Shown: positions 26,962-32,000 of the stretch, piece after piece | Layout of the letters: each line of letters opens with the position of its first letter | How positions within the stretch are numbered: the first letter of the stretch is position 1 | Source of the DNA: an archaeon | GTDB lineage: Archaea > Asgardarchaeota > Thorarchaeia > Thorarchaeales > Thorarchaeaceae | Direction: 5' to 3' | DNA length: 32,000 bases | NCBI GenBank assembly: GCA_024275415.1 | Contig: JAJRZD010000017.1 | Span: forward strand, 60,001 to 92,000 | Made by a program: the position numbers and the translations under genes | Notes under the pieces: generated by a model | Database searches by the model: none | What the model saw: only the letters and a program-made list of their open reading frames with translations | Told to the model about the DNA's origin: nothing

Positions 26962-27079
26962 TATCAGGCAAGAATATGGGACAGTGCTGAGAAAGCATAT
27001 GCATAGTTCAGGCACTATCACCCAAAACACCCGGACGGTGAGAGTGGCATCTAGCATGAGGGTGGAGGTGGACGAATGA
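26933..27079 (+). CDS. 48-aa microprotein
   Basis: ATG 26933 preceded by GAGGAGG (26916-26922); TGA overlaps the XPF ATG (ATGA). This is the 3' part of track ORF 26834-27079. Confidence 0.45.
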   Translation: MKKNKTELFDIRQEYGTVLRKHMHSSGTITQNTRTVRVASSMRVEVDE

Positions 27080-27819
27080 GTATCGCAGACGACATCATCA
27101 TCAATGACTTGGAGCTTGAGATGATCATCAGGGACTGTCCTCAGAACAGGATCATTTACGATTCACGAGAGAGCTCAGACTACATCACAAAGCTTCAGGC
27201 AATCCTTGTCAACGAGGGGCTTGAGTGGGAGCGGATAATGCTGCCTATTGGGGACTATATAGTCAATGGGACAGTGATTGAGCGGAAGACCCCAGAGGAT
27301 TTTTTGAACTCGATTTATCCTGTTCCGCGTCTGAATAACCAGTTGGTTCATATGTCAAGGAATTGTGCAGAGTCCGTCATTGCTATCATCGGTAATCCCT
27401 GGGCCGCCACTGGACAAGATCCAGTACGAGAAGCCATCGTTTCATCCGCGCTCGCGAGTATCTGGAAACGGAGGGCCGCTGATGGTGTTAGAGGGATTGT
27501 CATCCCCCAAGTGTTCTTGCCTCCTGATGCCGACAGGAGGTTCGCACTTTGGCTGAAAGCGCTCAGTAGGAAGGAGCCGGTCAGAGAGCTCAAGTTGAGC
27601 AGAGGTGCGACAAGTGGTGGAAACCAGTTAGTGCGGACTGTGTCAACTGTGCCCGGATGGGGTGTTGAGCTGTCCCGAAGAGCATTGGAAGCGTTCGGTA
27701 CACTCAAGATGCTGATTGACGCGTCTCCCTCGGATTTGAGCGAGCGTATTGATAATGTTGGATCAGCCAAGGCTAAGATATTCCATGAATTCTTCAGAAG
27801 GCCTTACAATAATAGTTAA
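27076..27819 (+). CDS. xpf: Short XPF/Mus81 (ERCC4) nuclease with tandem HhH
   Basis: GDYIV, IERKTPEDFLNSI...RLNNQL, then two HhH motifs (VPGWGVELSRR; IDNVGSAKAK). No helicase domain, so not Hef. Confidence 0.9.
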   Translation: MSIADDIIINDLELEMIIRDCPQNRIIYDSRESSDYITKLQAILVNEGLEWERIMLPIGDYIVNGTVIERKTPEDFLNSIYPVPRLNNQLVHMSRNCAESVIAIIGNPWAATGQDPVREAIVSSALASIWKRRAADGVRGIVIPQVFLPPDADRRFALWLKALSRKEPVRELKLSRGATSGGNQLVRTVSTVPGWGVELSRRALEAFGTLKMLIDASPSDLSERIDNVGSAKAKIFHEFFRRPYNNS

Positions 27820-27843
27820 CGTGTGACCAACACCTTGCATACA

Positions 27844-29550
27844 TTACTCGCCAGGTGAGGACCAAGGATCCATACCATCACTCAGGAACGGATAAAGACG
27901 AGTTGGCAATGAAATATAGCTGCTCTGCTCTTCATGGACCAGAGTGGCTGCAAAATCCAAACCTTTTGCTTCAAGTTCCTCCCGAATCTTGCTGCGTACC
28001 AAGACACTCCTTAATCTGGGTGTTCGCAAGAACGTGACTAGATTCCTGCCATCACGTGATAACAGGATCCGAGCAAAAGGGATAGCATCTCGGAACCAAC
28101 TGATTGCCCAGTCTATTTCCTTCTTCCTAGCATTCCTAATGGCAAGGAGAAAGACCTCCGGAAGACCCGCTAACTCCAGCCTAGGATGGTGGACTACGTC
28201 TATGATGCCCGAGTCCATGAAATTCTGCATGAACTTTTGCGGATTCCATCGGTCCTCGCCCAACCACCTTAGCAGAAGGTGTTGGCTTTCTCTAGAAGAT
28301 ATGTTCCAACACATCCTAGACAGCACAAAGAATTCTTTCCGTGGTGGGATTCCTGCCATGCGGTCTGTGAGCGTGCTTCCACACAGACGCGAAAGGGTCT
28401 CATCGGGGATACCTTGATGGTTCCAAGGGGCCACGACCCACTCTCCAGACTCTCGCTTGAACAAGTCGTATCTTATCGAGATCACTTCATTGTCCACCAC
28501 TACATCGATTGCCCCGTCCGGCAGCGCCCTTGGTCCTCCAGATGACACCGGCTCCAGATGTACTTGGACCGAACGGAAGGGTGAAGATGAAAGATAAAAC
28601 GTCGTCGCATAAGTGGCAATATTGACCGGACCGGGCACACCCGGGAAGAATATGAACCGATAACGCAATCCCAATGCGTTCGGGCTCAATATGAACCGTC
28701 GAGAGAACATGTGAGTTGGGATATCGGTAGCTGCGGGGACACTGATGTCAAGGAGAGTGGCGAGGGACTTTGCCGATAATGCATGGAGCACATTACTATG
28801 GAGAAGACTTGATGCTACCGTGAACATCTGGGAGTTCCTGAGGAGGTTCATGCCCGACCACAATCGCATGATGAATCGTCTATGTGAGTCATTCCAGAGT
28901 AGCGTGTCGGGAGTCAAAGTCAATGATGGGACGTATGTCCGGGGTAGTTTCTCATCGCCTCTCGAATTGACACATGCTATCCATTCGACCTTTTGTTTCA
29001 ACATTGACACTACGCTATAGATGAAAAGGAGTGCATTGGTAAAGGGGTCAAGATCAGGCGAAGCAAGTTGGGGTTTGTATTTCCTACGCAGTCCCATGAG
29101 CATGATCCTGCCAATGACATAGGCCAGACTATGGCGAGTTTCCAGCTCTGATAGCAAGTCAGGGTCTGATTTCAGTTTCCGCCTTATCCGTTCGAGATAA
29201 TCGGGGTCATTCCGGTGCTGTTTCACATACTCCATGAATCCTTCAGGACTGCTATCCATCGTTAGGGGGTGGTCAGGAAGCAACGTGTACACCTGAAACC
29301 AGAAGGTCTGACCAAAGGGTGTCCTTCCAACCGTGCGGATATCAGGATGGTACTTGAGGAACTTGTCATATGTCCATCCTTCTTGTCTGAACGGATGTAT
29401 GTTTCGGGACTTCTCGAACTCGGTAATTGAGAATGCCGGATACCCGTTAGGATATAGATGCTTGTCAGCAAGAGATCTCAGTACCAATCTGTCCTGATAG
29501 ACTCGACTCTTGCTTGAACGCATAACCTCCAGTGGTATCCTCATCGCCAC
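27844..29550 (-). CDS. Large hypothetical protein with probable tandem Lrp/AsnC-like modules
   Basis: RRFILSPNALGLRYRFIF and KFMQNFMDSGIIDVVHHPRLELAGLPEVFLL resemble the Lrp wing-linker-RAM junction. Similar to ORF 6341-8287. Confidence 0.5.
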   Translation of the reverse strand: MAMRIPLEVMRSSKSRVYQDRLVLRSLADKHLYPNGYPAFSITEFEKSRNIHPFRQEGWTYDKFLKYHPDIRTVGRTPFGQTFWFQVYTLLPDHPLTMDSSPEGFMEYVKQHRNDPDYLERIRRKLKSDPDLLSELETRHSLAYVIGRIMLMGLRRKYKPQLASPDLDPFTNALLFIYSVVSMLKQKVEWIACVNSRGDEKLPRTYVPSLTLTPDTLLWNDSHRRFIMRLWSGMNLLRNSQMFTVASSLLHSNVLHALSAKSLATLLDISVPAATDIPTHMFSRRFILSPNALGLRYRFIFFPGVPGPVNIATYATTFYLSSSPFRSVQVHLEPVSSGGPRALPDGAIDVVVDNEVISIRYDLFKRESGEWVVAPWNHQGIPDETLSRLCGSTLTDRMAGIPPRKEFFVLSRMCWNISSRESQHLLLRWLGEDRWNPQKFMQNFMDSGIIDVVHHPRLELAGLPEVFLLAIRNARKKEIDWAISWFRDAIPFARILLSRDGRNLVTFLRTPRLRSVLVRSKIREELEAKGLDFAATLVHEEQSSYISLPTRLYPFLSDGMDPWSSPGE

Positions 29551-29601
29551 ATCATATCCACATACCTGTTGCAGTCAATGGTTAAAAAAACACCCATCCT
29601 T

Positions 29602-29693
29602 GTTAATATTTGAGGTGAAACTTTCGCCAATCGGTATTATTATCGCTTTGTTTATTTGTATGGGTGCTAAAACCTGATAATTTTTGCAAATAC
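29602..29693 (+). promoter_or_regulatory. Third copy of the composite intergenic motif
   Basis: TTTGAGGTGAA (29609-29619), pseudo-palindrome GGTGAAA-C-TTTCGCC, TATTAT and TTTTTGCAAATAC (29681-29693). Confidence 0.6.
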
Positions 29694-29800
29694 CAATCAA
29701 TACAACGCATCATGTTATACAGAAGTCTATCATTCCTTTATCATGGTAAACGAAAGCTACATGCCTATTGGTTTCCCCTTATACGTGGAGAGATTGTAAA

Positions 29801-30400
29801 TTGCAATTGATGGACATCCAAACACTGGTTCTGGTCAACCTGTTCTTATCCATCCAGCTCACGCCGCTTGTACTTGTGAGCGTGACCATAATCAGGGGAG
29901 TCCTTCTGCTACGAGGTCGGAAACGGGAGTTTGAGGACTGGACGAGAAACCCGTTGATGGCGGTACTGTCTATCATCTTCCTTCCGGGAACATTGATCTA
30001 CATAGGGATACGCTACGCCATCACGAGGCTGGCTCGAATCAGGGTTGACCGCATCAGCGGGTCAAGCACCTACGGAGAGGTCAACCTCTTTCTCGTCGTC
30101 GAAGATCCCCCAAGCCTTGGAATCGTCCTTGTCGCCCTTTATTCGACCTTAGTCCTGACAGTCTTCGTAGCACTTACTCTTCTCGTGTTGCCCTTGGCAC
30201 TAGTGCCCAATCTACCACTCTCGGTTCTCCTCTGGTATGTGGGAGTGGGCACTTTCTACAATGCATCCGTCCGCAGCGGTGACGCAAGTCTTGTCCTTTC
30301 CTCGCTTCGGGACAACCCACGACGAGGAGCGCTAGAGCTTGTCGCATTCATCGCATTGCTATACATACTCCAAACACAACTCGTGGTGATGATCCTATGA
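29801..30400 (+). CDS. Multi-pass membrane protein, possibly an inactive M50-like metallopeptidase homolog
   Basis: About five hydrophobic segments. FLPGTLIYIGIRY sits where PGxxxHExxH is expected. Start TTG 29801 or ATG 29810; the track start is 29768. Confidence 0.7.
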   Translation: MQLMDIQTLVLVNLFLSIQLTPLVLVSVTIIRGVLLLRGRKREFEDWTRNPLMAVLSIIFLPGTLIYIGIRYAITRLARIRVDRISGSSTYGEVNLFLVVEDPPSLGIVLVALYSTLVLTVFVALTLLVLPLALVPNLPLSVLLWYVGVGTFYNASVRSGDASLVLSSLRDNPRRGALELVAFIALLYILQTQLVVMIL

Positions 30401-32000
30401 AACGCACGCATATCATCCGGATATTCAACGTCAGAGGTACCCGACAAGTAATGGTCACTATTGTTGCTATGTTCCTCTTTGTCAACTTTGCTGGCTCTTT
30501 GTTCGCACAAGTACCACTGACCGGACATGCTTCAGCCGAGGGGGTGAATGACCACTACCCACTGGAATCAACATCCTTCATCCCTTCGGCATCACTCGGA
30601 ACACCTGCAAGAGTTGGGGAGTATATCATTCTGCGCTACACTGGCCAAAGCACGCCAAGCAGGGCTACATCTCTTGAGAGTCTGATGGTATCATGGGGGA
30701 TGATTACCACCACCTATGACGTTACTGATGTCATGGGAAACCCAGAGGTCTTGAGAGATGCCCCTGCAATCATTATCGATGGTAGTGTTGGTTCGGACCA
30801 AGGGATTGCCATTCCACGAAGCGTCATCATCGCGCTCATTCAGGCTGACAGACCTGTCATTCTCCTAGGCAATGCGAGCTGGCTCGTTCCAGCTCTGTCT
30901 GGGCACAAAGGTCCCCCCATCAAGACTGCTCCGGTGACGACACAGTTCTTTCCAGATCACGGAGCAGTCTACTCGGTCTATCCGAACAACATCACGGACG
31001 GAGCAACTCTCACCTCTGAGTCATTGACATTACCGATTAATCCTGTCCAGACTGAATATTCTAGACTGGTCAACCTGACATCGAGCAGCAATCCGTCTGT
31101 TCTTCCGGTACTCCAGTATCTCTCTTACCGGCTTGACACATTCATCGTGGGATTGGGAGATCCCCTTCTCTGGACTACAGACGGAGAGATGTTGCTTGAG
31201 AATATCATTGCCTACGCCACTACCCTATCAGAATCACCGACAAGCGTGGCGATAGGGGACACACAATATTATGACACAGTTTCAGGAGGACTTGCCTACG
31301 GTCATGTCCCCGAGGTGAAAAACACATACTATGCGGTTCATATGGCATATGACCTACTGAGTCCGTCTGAGTTCTCAACATGGGCCCTTCAGAGAGAATC
31401 CGTTGTATTCTCCATCCTTTCTGACCTATATGTGGATGAGGGATCCGTTTCTGGTTTCAAGAAGAACAGATATGCTACAGGGACAGACCTTGTATCGACT
31501 GCACAGGGACTCTGGGTCATGGAAACTATGGGACTTGCTTCTTATTTTGTAGAGGCAGAAGTCATCTCGTATCTCTCCAACGCCCAAGACGCGGATGGTG
31601 GGTTTGCAAACGATGTGACGACAACATACCTTGTGACAGAAGCATTGGCGGTCTCTGGATCGCTTTCGACCGTGAACACCGCCAATCTCATCTTCTGGCT
31701 GCACGAGTGCCAGGTCAAATCTGCTGACAGCGGGGACATAGCCACTTGGGGTGGCTTTGGCAAGAATCCGACAGACGGGAACCCCTCATCGCTCTACACC
31801 TTCCAAGGGCTTCTAGCCCTGCAGTTCCTGAATGAGGGACACGACGACCTCAAGACAGTAGAATGGTTATGGAACCGGATGAATGGTGATGGCTCGTTTG
31901 ATAATACGATTTCTGACGGTTCAGACCTCATTGTAGGTACTGCAAGTGCCATTGGTGCGCTGGAACTGTTCTCTGTGCTTGATACAGGGAACAAGTCACA
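30397..32000 (+). CDS. Secreted/surface protein with prenyltransferase/squalene-cyclase-like (alpha/alpha barrel) repeats, truncated by the window end
   Basis: Open frame from ATG 30397 (ATGA overlap) to 32000. N-terminal hydrophobic signal-like segment VMVTIVAMFLFVNFAGSLFA; repeats YLSNAQDADGGF, WLHECQ...WGGFG and WLWNRMNGDGSF. Confidence 0.8.
   Translation, partial: MKRTHIIRIFNVRGTRQVMVTIVAMFLFVNFAGSLFAQVPLTGHASAEGVNDHYPLESTSFIPSASLGTPARVGEYIILRYTGQSTPSRATSLESLMVSWGMITTTYDVTDVMGNPEVLRDAPAIIIDGSVGSDQGIAIPRSVIIALIQADRPVILLGNASWLVPALSGHKGPPIKTAPVTTQFFPDHGAVYSVYPNNITDGATLTSESLTLPINPVQTEYSRLVNLTSSSNPSVLPVLQYLSYRLDTFIVGLGDPLLWTTDGEMLLENIIAYATTLSESPTSVAIGDTQYYDTVSGGLAYGHVPEVKNTYYAVHMAYDLLSPSEFSTWALQRESVVFSILSDLYVDEGSVSGFKKNRYATGTDLVSTAQGLWVMETMGLASYFVEAEVISYLSNAQDADGGFANDVTTTYLVTEALAVSGSLSTVNTANLIFWLHECQVKSADSGDIATWGGFGKNPTDGNPSSLYTFQGLLALQFLNEGHDDLKTVEWLWNRMNGDGSFDNTISDGSDLIVGTASAIGALELFSVLDTGNKS

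Noticed and set aside
27076-27819. Hef (FANCM-like helicase-nuclease)
   Set aside because: Only the ERCC4 nuclease and HhH domains are present; the helicases are separate genes.
1-32000. CRISPR array, tRNA, rRNA, integrase or transposase; long antisense ORFs such as 14923-15609 and 18673-19446
   Set aside because: No regularly spaced repeats, cloverleafs or recombinase motifs were seen. The antisense ORFs are shadows of well-supported genes.

Overview
Archaeal DNA, most likely from an Asgard archaeon such as Thorarchaeia. This is inferred from the multi-PAS histidine kinases, tandem Lrp-like proteins, archaeal-type RadA/FEN1/XPF and strong GGAGG(TG) Shine-Dalgarno sites. Left arm (1-9900): two multi-PAS histidine kinases, a tandem SRPBCC protein, a large Lrp/AsnC-like protein and a GH3-family acyl-adenylase. 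At 9901-10995 lies a 1.1-kb intergenic region with a perfect 24-bp inverted repeat (10264-10287/10795-10818). It encloses 507 bp that look like a folded RNA carrying RNase P-like motifs. The centre (10996-27819) is one tightly coupled ~19-ORF, 16.8-kb operon. It encodes divergent recombination/repair enzymes: a RadA paralog, XPD, Hel308 with a SWIM insertion and one in-frame TAA, two further RecA-fold paralogs, a FEN1-like and an XPF-like nuclease. These are interleaved with about five membrane proteins, including a membrane-anchored, apparently ATPase-dead VirB4/HerA-like protein. A second Lrp-like gene follows, then a third copy of the intergenic motif (29602-29693), a membrane protein and a truncated secreted prenyltransferase-repeat protein. 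Best candidate new system: a co-regulated, membrane-associated DNA uptake/recombination-repair operon with its own repeated cis-element and a possible ncRNA. No tRNA, rRNA, CRISPR array, integrase or transposase was recognised. All family calls come from motifs read by eye; no searches were run.
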